From Syntrophales bacterium (GTDB lineage: Bacteria > Desulfobacterota > Syntrophia > Syntrophales > UBA8958): a stretch of DNA of 64,000 nucleotides. The notes beneath the pieces are model-generated. The model made no database searches. It worked only from the letters and a program-made list of their open reading frames with translations, and had not been told where the DNA came from. Below, piece by piece: positions 36,754-45,523 of the stretch (positions are counted from its first letter, which is position 1; every line of letters starts with the position of its first letter). Made by a program: the position numbers and the translations under genes. The stretch covers positions 18,832-82,831 of the forward strand of contig DAOTJR010000002.1 of assembly GCA_035448805.1 (NCBI GenBank), read 5' to 3'.

Positions 36754-37674
36754 TCAGCCTTTGACGACGAGTTCTCGATAAGCCCGGTCGTGAAGGGGGG
36801 TCGCGATTCCCAAAGCACGGCCGGACTTGACAATGAACCCCGTGAAGGTATCGATCTCCGTCTCCCGTCCCTTCTCAAAATCCAACTGCAGGGAGGTCTT
36901 CGTCTCCGGGGGAAACTGCCGGATCTTCTCCAGGGTCGCCGCGGCAATATCGGCGGGAAGGGCTATTCCTTTGGCCCTGGCGATCTGCTCGACCTCGCTG
37001 ATCATACCGGCAAGCAGCTCTCGGGCTTCCGGATCATCCATGACGGCACCGAAGGACTTCCGCAGCAGCGAAGTGACGCTTGCGGCGGGACAGATGAAGA
37101 TAAATTTCGTCCACAACGCCGCCCTGGGTTCCGTTGTCAGTTCCGATGCGATACCGGCATCTTGAAACAGTCCATCAATGCCCTGGAATTTCTCTACCGC
37201 ACCATCGGCCGGACCGAAGATCAGTTTCCCGGCCGGACTGACCTGTCTGACAACCCCCGGGGCCTCGATGAAGGCCGAGACATAAACCGTCCCGTACAGG
37301 AATACCCCCCGGGGTAGGACCCCCAGCAGCCGCTCGGTGATATCCACACCGTTCAAAAGGGGGATGATAATGGTTTCCCCATGGACATTATCGGCGACGG
37401 ACCGGGCCGCCGCTTCGAGACCGTAACTCTTGACGGCAAAAAGGACCAGATCGAACGAACCCGCCTCCAGGGGATTGTCCGTAGCCAGGGTCGGTCGGGC
37501 AAGCAATTCCCCTGCCGATGTAAGCAGGCGGAGGCCCTTTTCTTTGATGGCCCGTAAATGTTCCCCCCGGGCGATAAACACCACTTCATGATCCGGCACC
37601 GAGCCGTAACGGACCGCCAATCTTCCGCCGAAGGCCCCGCCGACACCGCCTACACCAACAACCGCAATCCGCAT
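36754..37674 (-). CDS. panE: 2-dehydropantoate 2-reductase (ApbA/PanE family)
   Basis: MRIAVVGVGGVGGAFGGRLA, FAVKSY, LLNGV and SLQLDFEKGRETEID. Confidence 0.8.
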   Translation of the reverse strand: MRIAVVGVGGVGGAFGGRLAVRYGSVPDHEVVFIARGEHLRAIKEKGLRLLTSAGELLARPTLATDNPLEAGSFDLVLFAVKSYGLEAAARSVADNVHGETIIIPLLNGVDITERLLGVLPRGVFLYGTVYVSAFIEAPGVVRQVSPAGKLIFGPADGAVEKFQGIDGLFQDAGIASELTTEPRAALWTKFIFICPAASVTSLLRKSFGAVMDDPEARELLAGMISEVEQIARAKGIALPADIAAATLEKIRQFPPETKTSLQLDFEKGRETEIDTFTGFIVKSGRALGIATPLHDRAYRELVVKG

Positions 37675-38041
37675 CTTTCGTTTCTCCTTCCCCAGATTTT
37701 TTCACCGGCACCAGAACCGGATGTCGACCCGGCTGCCCACCCTGTCGCCGGCGAAGAAACCTTTTAGAAAAAAATCACATCATCTCAGTTGGATATCCCC
37801 AGTCAGCATGAAGATGCATCGGCATGATCTCCCTTAATCCATTTTCATCCTTCGTGGGTGTCGGACAAACATGAAAATTTATAACGCCAGCTTCCTTTTT
37901 ATCTTACCATGCCGAGACAGGAAGCGAAAGAAAAAAGGCCCGGCCCGGCAGCGCCTGCCGGAAGGGGAATATTTTTTCCGAGCATGTTGACAGCTTCGCC
38001 AAACCATGCTACCTCCATGGCCCCTGAAATGGACGTCCTCC

Positions 38042-38118
38042 GCCCCCGTAGCTCAGCAGGATAGAGCAACGGATTCCTAATCCGTGTGCCGCGCGTTCGA
38101 ATCGCGCCGGGGGCACCA
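38042..38118 (+). tRNA. tRNA-Arg (anticodon CCU)
   Basis: Manual cloverleaf. Acceptor GCCCCCG/CGGGGGC, D arm GCTC-AGCAGGATA-GAGC, anticodon stem ACGGA/TCCGT with loop TTCCTAA, T arm GCGCG-TTCGAAT-CGCGC, discriminator A, and an encoded CCA. Confidence 0.9.
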
Positions 38119-38182
38119 ATATTTTCCGGGGACTGCTCCATCAGGGTACCACCTGTGTCATAAGGACAGGCCAGTCACGGGA

Positions 38183-38321
38183 TTTCTCACTCGCAAATGC
38201 GCGCACATGTTATTGATCTGCAACAGTTTATCATTAACGGGGCCGCTGCGGACACGGAGGTCTGCGTCCCAGCATTTTCATCCTGATGTGTGACGGCAGG
38301 CCGTCATGATAATTTCATTCC
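38183..38321 (+). repeat. family-1 intergenic repeat, copy C
   Basis: Starts 65 nt after the tRNA-Arg. The terminal hairpin is TGACGG-CAGG-CCGTCA. Confidence 0.9.
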
Positions 38322-38458
38322 CTTTTGCATGCAACGCCAGGACGTATCGCGGACAAGCTGACCTGAAACTATTCATGATGTTTGTTTCCGTGTTCCGGAA
38401 AGGGATGGATGTTGCGGGTTGGTTCAAAAAACTAAAAACACCGATTTGAAGAGGTTAA

Positions 38459-38956
38459 ATGTCCATGCGGCTCAATCCGGGATCCATGGCGCCGGGATTC
38501 ACGGCGACAGACAGCGGCGATAGAATAATCTCGCTCGACGATTTGAGAAAAGAAGGGCCTTTGGTTCTTGTCTTCTTACGGGGCTTCAGCTGACCATTTA
38601 CGAGAAAACATCTCGGGCAGATGAAAGCTGACCATCAGGAATTCCTGAAAAGAAAAGCCCGGATCGCTGTGGTTGCTCCCCATGGGGCCGAGAAGGTGAA
38701 AAGATATTGGCAAAAAGAAGGCCTGCCGTTTATCGGTATCCCGGATAAAGACGGGGCCATCGGCAGGCTTTATGGACAGGAATGGAGCCTGATTAAATTG
38801 GGAAGAATGCCGGCGCTGTTTGTCATCGACAGGAAGGGCGCTGTAATTCTTGCTCAATACGCAGAGAATATGGCGGATATCCCTGAAAACAGAGGATTAA
38901 TCCAGGTTCTGGAAGGCATCGATATGGAGGAAAGACACAGATCATCCCTATCCTGA
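38459..38956 (+). CDS. candidate selenoprotein: peroxiredoxin-like (AhpC/TSA, PRX_like2-type) thiol oxidoreductase with U-P-F-T redox motif (in-frame TGA 38591..38593)
   Basis: ATG 38459 follows a GAAGAGG RBS. The sequence reads MSMRLNPGSMAPGFTATDSGDRIISLDDLRKEGPLVLVFLRGFS-[TGA]-PFTRKHLGQMKADHQEF..., in frame with track ORF 38621..38956. The TGA sits where this family has the first Cys of FYRGxWCPxC. Confidence 0.65.
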
Positions 38957-39274
38957 CGGAGAAACGATCCTCATCGGCACCATCTCACCCGTGACGCCGA
39001 AAATGATCCGTTTTTTTAGCTCGCCCCCGGTCCATCCTCTTTTATCTTCCCGATCCATCACTTCTTTTAAAAGTTTTTAAAGGATCGTTACAAATTTCTT
39101 CACGATCAAGCTTAAACTATATCATGCCGGTCGTGAGGAGATCCCGTAATCCCCAGTTGTTTCAACTACATAATTGCTGCTCCATTTCCCGTCAAGCCGG
39201 TTGGCACGCTTTACGCATTAAATAAAGTCAAACAAAGACAAACAAAAAATAAAAATAAACGGAGGACACAGAAG

Positions 39275-39550
39275 ATGAAAAAGACATTGGGAACCTTGGT
39301 AGCGGCGGTTGTGGTCGTTCTTTGCACCGGGACCTTCGCCCTGGCCGAGTATGCGGCGGCGGGTGTGGCGAACTTCCCCTACTTCCAGCTGGGCTGCCTG
39401 ATCGTGGGCGGCATGGTGATCATCAGCCTGAAGCACAAGTACGAGAAGATGTACACCGGCGAGGTGGCCGGGGTTTTCGCCCTCTACACGATCCTGATCG
39501 CCCTGTTCACCAATCCGGTGATCGAAGGCATCAAAAACCTGGTGGGGTAA
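39275..39550 (+). CDS. small hypothetical membrane protein
   Basis: 91 aa. A signal/TM segment MKKTLGTLVAAVVVVLCTGTFALA plus two further hydrophobic helices. A GGAGGA RBS lies 8 nt upstream. Confidence 0.5.
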   Translation: MKKTLGTLVAAVVVVLCTGTFALAEYAAAGVANFPYFQLGCLIVGGMVIISLKHKYEKMYTGEVAGVFALYTILIALFTNPVIEGIKNLVG

Positions 39551-39590
39551 GGAATCATCGTTCAGGAGACACGAAGGGAGGAATGGAAAA

Positions 39591-39830
39591 ATGGCAACGA
39601 TTCAACAGACAAAAAAGGCCCTTTACCACAAATACAACCCCGTGATGATCGTGAGCGCCTATGGATTCGTGATCGCCATCGCCTCCTTCCTGTTCCTCTG
39701 GTTGGGCTTCAAGATCGACCAGTACTTCGGCACGGCACCCAATTTCATGTTCGGGATGTTCTTCCTGGCCCTCTTCCTGTCAATAGGCAGGTTGTATCAG
39801 GAAGCCTGGTTGAAGCGAAAAGAGGTTTGA
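39591..39830 (+). CDS. small two-TM protein, possibly AtpZ/AtpI-like (ATPase_gene1 family)
   Basis: 79 aa. WLGFKIDQYFGTAPNFMFGMFFLALFLSIGRLYQ resembles the AtpZ pattern (LD..lgT.Pwf.l....lG...g.y). This is pattern recognition only. Confidence 0.35.
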   Translation: MATIQQTKKALYHKYNPVMIVSAYGFVIAIASFLFLWLGFKIDQYFGTAPNFMFGMFFLALFLSIGRLYQEAWLKRKEV

Positions 39831-39888
39831 AAAGTCAACTCCATGGCATACAAAAGGCACATCTTTTAAAGATCTGTGTCCCAATTTA

Positions 39889-39932
39889 AGAGCCCCCTGG
39901 TAAAACCGGTTTACCAGGGGGCTCTTTATTTC
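39889..39932 (+). terminator. intrinsic terminator
   Basis: AGAGCCCCCUGGUAAA-acc-gg-UUUACCAGGGGGCUCU followed by UUAUUU. Confidence 0.85.
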
Positions 39933-40136
39933 GATAGATAGTTGGAACCGTCCGACGGCATCATCCCGGCGTTTGTTTCAAGATTGAGAAAGCCGCGGCG
40001 GTCACCGGGAGCCAGGCGGCGGCCGGCGACAGATGCCTTTACTGATATTTATAGGCTGCTGACCAAGGGTGGAATGACGCGACAGCATGCCGCCACGAAC
40101 CGACTGCTTGCCGTTGATGCCCTGGAATTGAGGACA

Positions 40137-40655
40137 TCACCATCGTTCCCGGTGAATTTTTTCCTTTTTGTATTTGTCTTTAGCTTTATCCTTTCCAGTA
40201 GGGACACCTATGGGAATGACATTCAAGGGAATGACTTCCTCAGGTATATTGAGGACTTTTTTCACATGCTTCATCCTGTCGGCATAAGGATAAGCGGCTG
40301 TCCAAACGCCCCCGAGACCAAGTGCCTCTATCGCCAAAAGGATATTTTCGCCCGCCAGGGAGGCATCGATTATCGCCATGTCCCGACTCCTTTCGTATGC
40401 CTTCTCCGGCTCAGTGCAGACGATTATCGCCGCGCCGGCTCCGCCGAGCATCTTTGCATAAGGAAGTCCGGCGGCAAGTTCATCAAGAATTTTTCGTTCC
40501 GTTACCACGACAAACGACCATGGCTGCATATTGACTGCCGATGGCGCCGCCATTCCCGCCATGACGATCTTTTCGATGTCCTCTTCTTTCACCGGCTCAC
40601 CGGTATAATTCCGGACACTTTTTCTTGATAAAATGACAGCAAGAGCATCTTTCAT
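40137..40655 (-). CDS. nitroreductase family protein
   Basis: 172 aa. ILSRKSVRNYTGEPV...AAPSAVNMQPW and a typical compact NADH-oxidase/nitroreductase fold length. Confidence 0.8.
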   Translation of the reverse strand: MKDALAVILSRKSVRNYTGEPVKEEDIEKIVMAGMAAPSAVNMQPWSFVVVTERKILDELAAGLPYAKMLGGAGAAIIVCTEPEKAYERSRDMAIIDASLAGENILLAIEALGLGGVWTAAYPYADRMKHVKKVLNIPEEVIPLNVIPIGVPTGKDKAKDKYKKEKIHRERW

Positions 40656-40771
40656 CCCCTCATCCTCCTTCCTAAAAAGTCTCCCCTTCCGGCAAAATCC
40701 CTCAAGCGTATTAGAAGTGGGTATACTTCAACCCCGGAACCGGGGAAAAGTCGTTCGACAAAAAACCATTG

Positions 40772-40896
40772 TTTAACTCGCAAATGCATGCATATGTTAT
40801 TGATCTGCAACAGTTTATCATTAACGGAGACACTGCGGAGCACGTCCCGCCATTTTCATCCTGTTTTGTGACGACGTGCCGTCATGCGGGTTTCCC
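40772..40896 (+). repeat. family-1 intergenic repeat, copy D (short form)
   Basis: Lacks one CTGCGGACA unit. The terminal hairpin is TGACG-ACGTGC-CGTCA. Its last base abuts the GNAT stop codon. Confidence 0.9.
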
Positions 40897-41331
40897 TCAA
40901 TGAGTAAAACCCTTTTCCTTCATGATCTCAGGACGTAGAAACTTTGCCATTGCCGTATTCATCAGACGAAAACCGAATTTTTCATAAAAAGCTTCCCGGT
41001 CGATGTTGGCGTAGAGGATGATATTACAATTCGAAACTTTCTTTAAGATTCTTTCCATGATCAATTTGCCGATGCCCCGCCTCTGGTAGGCAGGAATAAC
41101 AACCACGTCATATACCGCTGCCTGGTATGCACCGTCAGAGACAGCACGACCAAAACCAATCAACTTGTCGTGAACAAACACAAAGACCACGCAGAAGCTG
41201 TTCAGGAACGCCTGGCGATGGGATTCCGGTTTATGATACCCCATGCCGACAAGTTTCAGATGTTCCCGGACTTGATACCAGTCGATGTTTTCACAGTCTT
41301 CCTGTATCCTCAATTCCATTTGACGACTCAC
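40897..41331 (-). CDS. GNAT family N-acetyltransferase
   Basis: VVVIPAYQRRGIGKLIMERIL (the Q/RxxGxG/A acetyl-CoA motif). The track start is GTG 41331; the first ATG (MELRIQ) is at 41319. Confidence 0.8.
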   Translation of the reverse strand: MSRQMELRIQEDCENIDWYQVREHLKLVGMGYHKPESHRQAFLNSFCVVFVFVHDKLIGFGRAVSDGAYQAAVYDVVVIPAYQRRGIGKLIMERILKKVSNCNIILYANIDREAFYEKFGFRLMNTAMAKFLRPEIMKEKGFTH

Positions 41332-41334
41332 TTA

Positions 41335-41427
41335 TTGACGAGCCCGTAAAAAAAGCCGGAATTTACCAAAAGCGGCTTTGTAACCTACCGTAATTATTAG
41401 GCGCGAATTTTCATGAAGTGACACGAC
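41335..41427 (-). repeat. family-2 intergenic repeat, copy c
   Basis: The reverse complement GTCGTGTCACTTCATGAAAATTCGCGCCTAATAATTACGGTAGGTTACAAAGCCGCTTTTGGTAAATTCCGGCTTTTTTTACGGGCTCGTCAA aligns with copies a and b. Confidence 0.85.
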
Positions 41428-41889
41428 TTTTTGCCGGTTCTTCAACAATCTAAACAGAAGATTTTTTCCGTGTCCGTATCGGGAAATCATTACCCTCACG
41501 GCTTATACACGACAAATTGATCTCTTGGGGTGAGTATATTGAAAATGCACGGCGAGGTCAAAAAGAAAACGCCTCTTTTAAATCTTACCCCCATCCGGTT
41601 GGTAAGGAAGGTGGAGATGAGGCGCGGATGTTCATCCCCTTTGCAGCGGGATGCCGCCCCGTTTTCTTAATTTCGCCGGACGCGTGCTCCGGCATATTTT
41701 TCTTGATTTTATTGGTTATGGTCAATAGAGAAAAGGATTACAAAAACTGGTTGCGGGGGTGAAACGCTCCTGAAGGTCAGCCTTCACGAGGGGTTCATAT
41801 TTCGTTGTGCCCGCCTCCGGACATGTAGCTCGGAAAACCACAACGACAAATCGACAATATGGCGAGGTTGAAAAATCGGGGAGATTGGT

Positions 41890-42201
41890 ATGATAAACCG
41901 CAGGTCCTTGATATGTAAAAGATTTTTCTCCGGATTCATGTGCTTTGCTTTCCTGAGCGGCATCGGCGGCTGCACCCCGCACGTCTGGTATCACCGCGAT
42001 CAAAAAGAACCATTGAATTTTCAATACGACATTTCCCAGTGTGACCAAGAGGCAACCGAATTCGGTGCTCAGATAGCCGAAAAAGATAGAAAAGCCGCCG
42101 TCAAGGAGCGGAGGAAACAGTGCATGAAAGCCCGCGGCTATGGTTGGGGTACCGTCAATGACGTTCCTGATGATTCCTACGTTTATGAGGACAAGAAATG
42201 A
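41890..42201 (+). CDS. hypothetical small lipoprotein
   Basis: 103 aa. Signal plus lipobox FLSGIGGC, and a GGGGAG RBS 7 nt upstream. I prefer it over the overlapping antisense ORF 41722..42360. It lies in a lower-GC region. Confidence 0.45.
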   Translation: MINRRSLICKRFFSGFMCFAFLSGIGGCTPHVWYHRDQKEPLNFQYDISQCDQEATEFGAQIAEKDRKAAVKERRKQCMKARGYGWGTVNDVPDDSYVYEDKK

Positions 42202-42633
42202 ACCCCCATGAAGTCTTGCCGTCACAAAGGGTCGCGGCAATGATCTCAGAGAATAAAATCCATTATGAATCAATCTGTTACAAGTGCATTTCCGGTGGAA
42301 CGACCATATATAATCAAGGCTGTTTGTTTTCGACGACGGCATAAAGAGTCCCCACAACACCTTGTGCCATCCTTCACCGGTGAAGCGGGCACATAACTAT
42401 ACTTCAGCCCTCCTGGGTTTTATAACCATAAATTTTCAGCATCACCGTGATAAAATGCTTGACAGCTTGCTGATGTCGTATTATACGGACCGCAAAGATT
42501 ATATATCTCCAAAGCATTCACCAGCAGCGGGGAAACAAGTAGTAAAGGTTGGAAAAAGGCATTTTGAAGTACAGCGGATCTTTTCTTTCTGTCAGAGATG
42601 CAATCCGACTTTACGGAAAGGAGGATGCAGAAA

Positions 42634-42834
42634 ATGCCAGAAGGAAAAGTGAAATGGTTCAATGAGCAAAAAGGCTTCGGCTTCATCGAAAAAGATGAAG
42701 GCGGCGATGTTTTTGTTCACTACAGCACCATCCAGGGCTCCGGTTTTAAAACCCTTCAGGAAGGTCAGCGCGTAAGCTTTGACATCCAGCAGGGCAAAAA
42801 GGGTCCTGCGGCAGAAAATGTAAAGCCCTTATAA
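42634..42834 (+). CDS. cold-shock protein (CspA family)
   Basis: [34 protein letters not shown] contains the RNP1 and RNP2 motifs. The ATG at 42634 lies about 9 nt after AAGGAGG. Confidence 0.95.
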   Translation: MPEGKVKWFNEQKGFGFIEKDEGGDVFVHYSTIQGSGFKTLQEGQRVSFDIQQGKKGPAAENVKPL

Positions 42835-42855
42835 AACTTTACGAAAAGCGACTCA

Positions 42856-42895
42856 AAAGGCGTCTCGGTTCCCTTTATCGAGACGCCTTTTTTTA
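42856..42895 (+). terminator. intrinsic terminator after csp
   Basis: AAAAGGCGUCUCG-guucccuuua-UCGAGACGCC followed by UUUUUUUA. Confidence 0.85.
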
Positions 42896-43090
42896 TCCGG
42901 AAACGGCAGGCAAACCAGGAACCGCGCCCTAGCTGAAAAACCTACCCCAAATACAACCCCTTTAAAAGATGACGGACCCTTTAAAAACCCTAATGCCCCG
43001 TGGGGCGCTCCGAAGCGTGAAAAAGTATCCGTCCGGCGATCCCATATCGGCATTTGTTCCAAAGTTTGATTAAGGTGCGGCAATCGGCAC

Positions 43091-43220
43091 TTTTACTCGA
43101 AAATGCGTGCATATGTCATTGATCTACAACGGTTTATCATTAACGGAGCCGCTGCGGACACTGCGGAGGGCATCCCGCAATTTTCATCCTGCCTTGTGAC
43201 GGCGTGCCGTCATGGGGGGG
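43091..43220 (+). repeat. family-1 intergenic repeat, copy E
   Basis: Terminal hairpin TGACGG-CGTG-CCGTCA. It is followed directly by a family-2 copy. Confidence 0.9.
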
Positions 43221-43221
43221 G

Positions 43222-43326
43222 TTCATAGTAAGTCTGAATGTCCGTTCATGAAAATTCACACCTCATAATTACAGCAGCTTACAAAACCGCTTTTGATGAA
43301 TTCTGACTTTTTTACAGGCTCATCAA
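43222..43326 (+). repeat. family-2 intergenic repeat, copy b
   Basis: TTCATAGTAAGTCTGAATGTCCGTTCATGAAAATTCACACCTCATAATTACAGCAGCTTACAAAACCGCTTTTGATGAATTCTGACTTTTTTACAGGCTCATCAA aligns with 19693..19797. Confidence 0.85.
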
Positions 43327-43394
43327 AGACGATTCCGGCACACGCTTGCTTGATTCCCGCGGCTACCAACATAACGACGATGGGGTGAACGACG

Positions 43395-44303
43395 TCAACG
43401 GCAGTCGAAATTTTCCTGCCAATGGGTCTCGATTATTCTTCGCGGTGAATATTCCTTCAAAAGGATTGCCGCGGCCGTTTCCTCATCCAGCGCGGCCCGG
43501 GGAGCCAGTCCGATGAGCTCCGACTCCATGATCTCCACCCCGGCCGCCGTTGCCTCCCGACTCACGAACGCGAAGGCGTCCCGGAGAGAGGTCAAACGAA
43601 AATCGGTCAGATTCATGGACACCTGCGCCAACCCGCGGCTGGCCAGGAACACACCGATGGCCTTGACACCGGGCAACCCGCCGCCGGCCTCCCTGATTTT
43701 TCCGGCAATCCGCTTCGCCAGGGCAATATCCGGGGTCTTAAGGTTGATATTGTAGGCCAGCAAGGGCATCCGGGCCCCCACCGCCGTGGCGCCGATACTC
43801 TCAACACAGGTGCGGGGCCCGGCATCCGGAAGCCAGCTCCCTTCCCGCAAACGGGCCATCAATCCCGGCAGTCCCCCCCGGCGAATCTCCGATAGCTCCC
43901 GACAGGCCGGATTCAGAGCCGCCTCCCCGTAAAAGAAAACCGGAACATGGTGTCTTGCCGCCAGGTCAGTCCCGAAATGGTGCGCCCAGAATACCGCGTC
44001 TGCCATTTCCGCATCCCCCAAGGGGACGAAAGGGACGACATCCACAGCGCCGATACGGGGATGAACCCCGTCATGCCTGCCGAGATCGATAATCTCCAGA
44101 GCCTTGCCGGCTGCGGCAAGGGCGGCTCGACAAACATCCGCCGGTGCCCCGAGAAAGGTCAGGACACTCCGGTTATGATCCGCATCCCAGGAACAGTCCA
44201 GGAGTCTTACCCCTGGAACCGCGGTTACCGCCGCCGCCACCGCACGGACTTTATCCGGGTCCCTTCCTTCACTGAAATTGGGAACGCATTCAAGGATTTT
44301 CAT
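43395..44303 (-). CDS. glutamate formimidoyltransferase (FtcD N-terminal type)
   Basis: MKILECVPNFSEGRDPDKV is the hallmark N-terminus. The 302 aa length fits a transferase-only protein. Confidence 0.85.
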   Translation of the reverse strand: MKILECVPNFSEGRDPDKVRAVAAAVTAVPGVRLLDCSWDADHNRSVLTFLGAPADVCRAALAAAGKALEIIDLGRHDGVHPRIGAVDVVPFVPLGDAEMADAVFWAHHFGTDLAARHHVPVFFYGEAALNPACRELSEIRRGGLPGLMARLREGSWLPDAGPRTCVESIGATAVGARMPLLAYNINLKTPDIALAKRIAGKIREAGGGLPGVKAIGVFLASRGLAQVSMNLTDFRLTSLRDAFAFVSREATAAGVEIMESELIGLAPRAALDEETAAAILLKEYSPRRIIETHWQENFDCR

Positions 44304-44311
44304 GGGCGTAT

Positions 44312-45256
44312 TCAGGGAGTTCCATTTCCGAACAGGGCTTCCACAAAGGCATCGCCGTCAAAGGGCTGGAGATCTTCCAAACCTTCGCCGACACCGATAT
44401 AGCGGATAGGGATGTTCAGCTCCTTGACGATTCTGACCACGATCCCGCCTTTGGCCGTCCCGTCGAGCTTTGTCAATACGATTCCCGTCACGCCGATCTC
44501 CTCTTGGAACATCTTGGCCTGAATCAGACCGTTCTGGCCCGTTGTGGCATCCACGACCAGGAGGATTTCCTGGGGCGCCCCCGGCAGCTCTCTCGCCACG
44601 ATACGTTTCATCTTTTTCAGCTCTTCCATGAGGTTGAGCTTGGTATGGAGCCGTCCCGCCGTATCGATGATGAGCACCCTGCCTTTACCCGCTTTGGCGG
44701 CCTGGATGGCATCGAATACCACTGCCGCCGGATCCGAGTTGGACTGCTGTTTGATCAGCGAGGTACCGGCACGCCCGCTCCAGACCTCCAGTTGTTCGAT
44801 CGCCGCCGCCCGGAAGGTGTCCGCAGCTACCAGCAGGACCCGTTCCCCGCGTTTTTTTAGGTCATAAGCCATTTTGCCGATGGTGGTGGTTTTACCGGTC
44901 CCGTTGACCCCCACCACCATGATGACATAGATGCCGTCGGGAGGGATCCCATGGGGGGCCTCCTGTTTGGTCAGTATCTCTTTCATGGTCTCCCGGAGGA
45001 TCTTCTTAAGTAAATCGGCCCGGCTCAATTCCTTCCTTTTTACCTGCTCCTTCATTTTATCGATCAATTCATAAGTGCAGGCCGGTCCGATATCCGAGCG
45101 GATCAATACCTCTTCCAGCTCGTCAAACAGGGCCTGATCGATCTTTTTTTCTCCCAGGATCAGATCGTCCACATCGGTAAGCAGGATGTCCCTGGTCTTG
45201 GCCAGTCCGGCCTTCAATTTGTCGAATAAATTTTTCTTTTTAAAAACATCAAGCAT
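44312..45256 (-). CDS. ftsY: signal recognition particle receptor FtsY
   Basis: NG domain with VVGVNGTGKTTTIGK, DTAGRL, LTKLDGTAKGG and IRYIGVGE. Confidence 0.95.
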   Translation of the reverse strand: MLDVFKKKNLFDKLKAGLAKTRDILLTDVDDLILGEKKIDQALFDELEEVLIRSDIGPACTYELIDKMKEQVKRKELSRADLLKKILRETMKEILTKQEAPHGIPPDGIYVIMVVGVNGTGKTTTIGKMAYDLKKRGERVLLVAADTFRAAAIEQLEVWSGRAGTSLIKQQSNSDPAAVVFDAIQAAKAGKGRVLIIDTAGRLHTKLNLMEELKKMKRIVARELPGAPQEILLVVDATTGQNGLIQAKMFQEEIGVTGIVLTKLDGTAKGGIVVRIVKELNIPIRYIGVGEGLEDLQPFDGDAFVEALFGNGTP

Positions 45257-45523
45257 TTGTCACCTCTTCATATCATCAGTCCCGGCAGACGACACAGTCC
45301 GTTCCAAGCCGCCATAAACGGGTCCATCCTTTAGCCGTTTTTGCCGGATAAGTAAAGAAGGGAGGTAGGCATGGGGGGACTAAGAAGTAAAAAGCTCCCG
45401 AGGCAAGGCGCGCGAACACCGGGGCATGAGAAGTACTTGTGCTAACACCGCCGTGACGAAAAAGGAAACGCTTGCACTGCCTGGGGAATTTTTTAGGATG
45501 TCGTCAGCATTACCAGGCCGGAA

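Noticed and set aside
37987-38015. Possible tRNA-Arg promoter TTGACA-N17-TACCTC, and a similar TTGACAGCTT box upstream of csp (42459).
   Set aside because: The -35 boxes are perfect, but the -10 elements are poor (TACCTC; TATACG/TTATAC). This is too weak to list as a feature without TSS data.
39942-40628. 228-aa plus-strand ORF.
   Set aside because: It lies entirely antisense to the well-supported nitroreductase gene (40137..40655), and its translation has no recognisable family features.
41722-42360. 212-aa minus-strand ORF overlapping the small lipoprotein ORF.
   Set aside because: It has no motifs, an odd composition and no RBS. The plus-strand 103-aa ORF has a good RBS and a signal/lipobox, so it is the more plausible gene. 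Both remain uncertain.
38119-43394. Treating the region after tRNA-Arg as a bona fide integrated genomic island.
   Set aside because: No integrase gene and no detectable duplication of the tRNA 3' end (att-like direct repeat) were found. It is kept only as a compositional and accessory-content observation.
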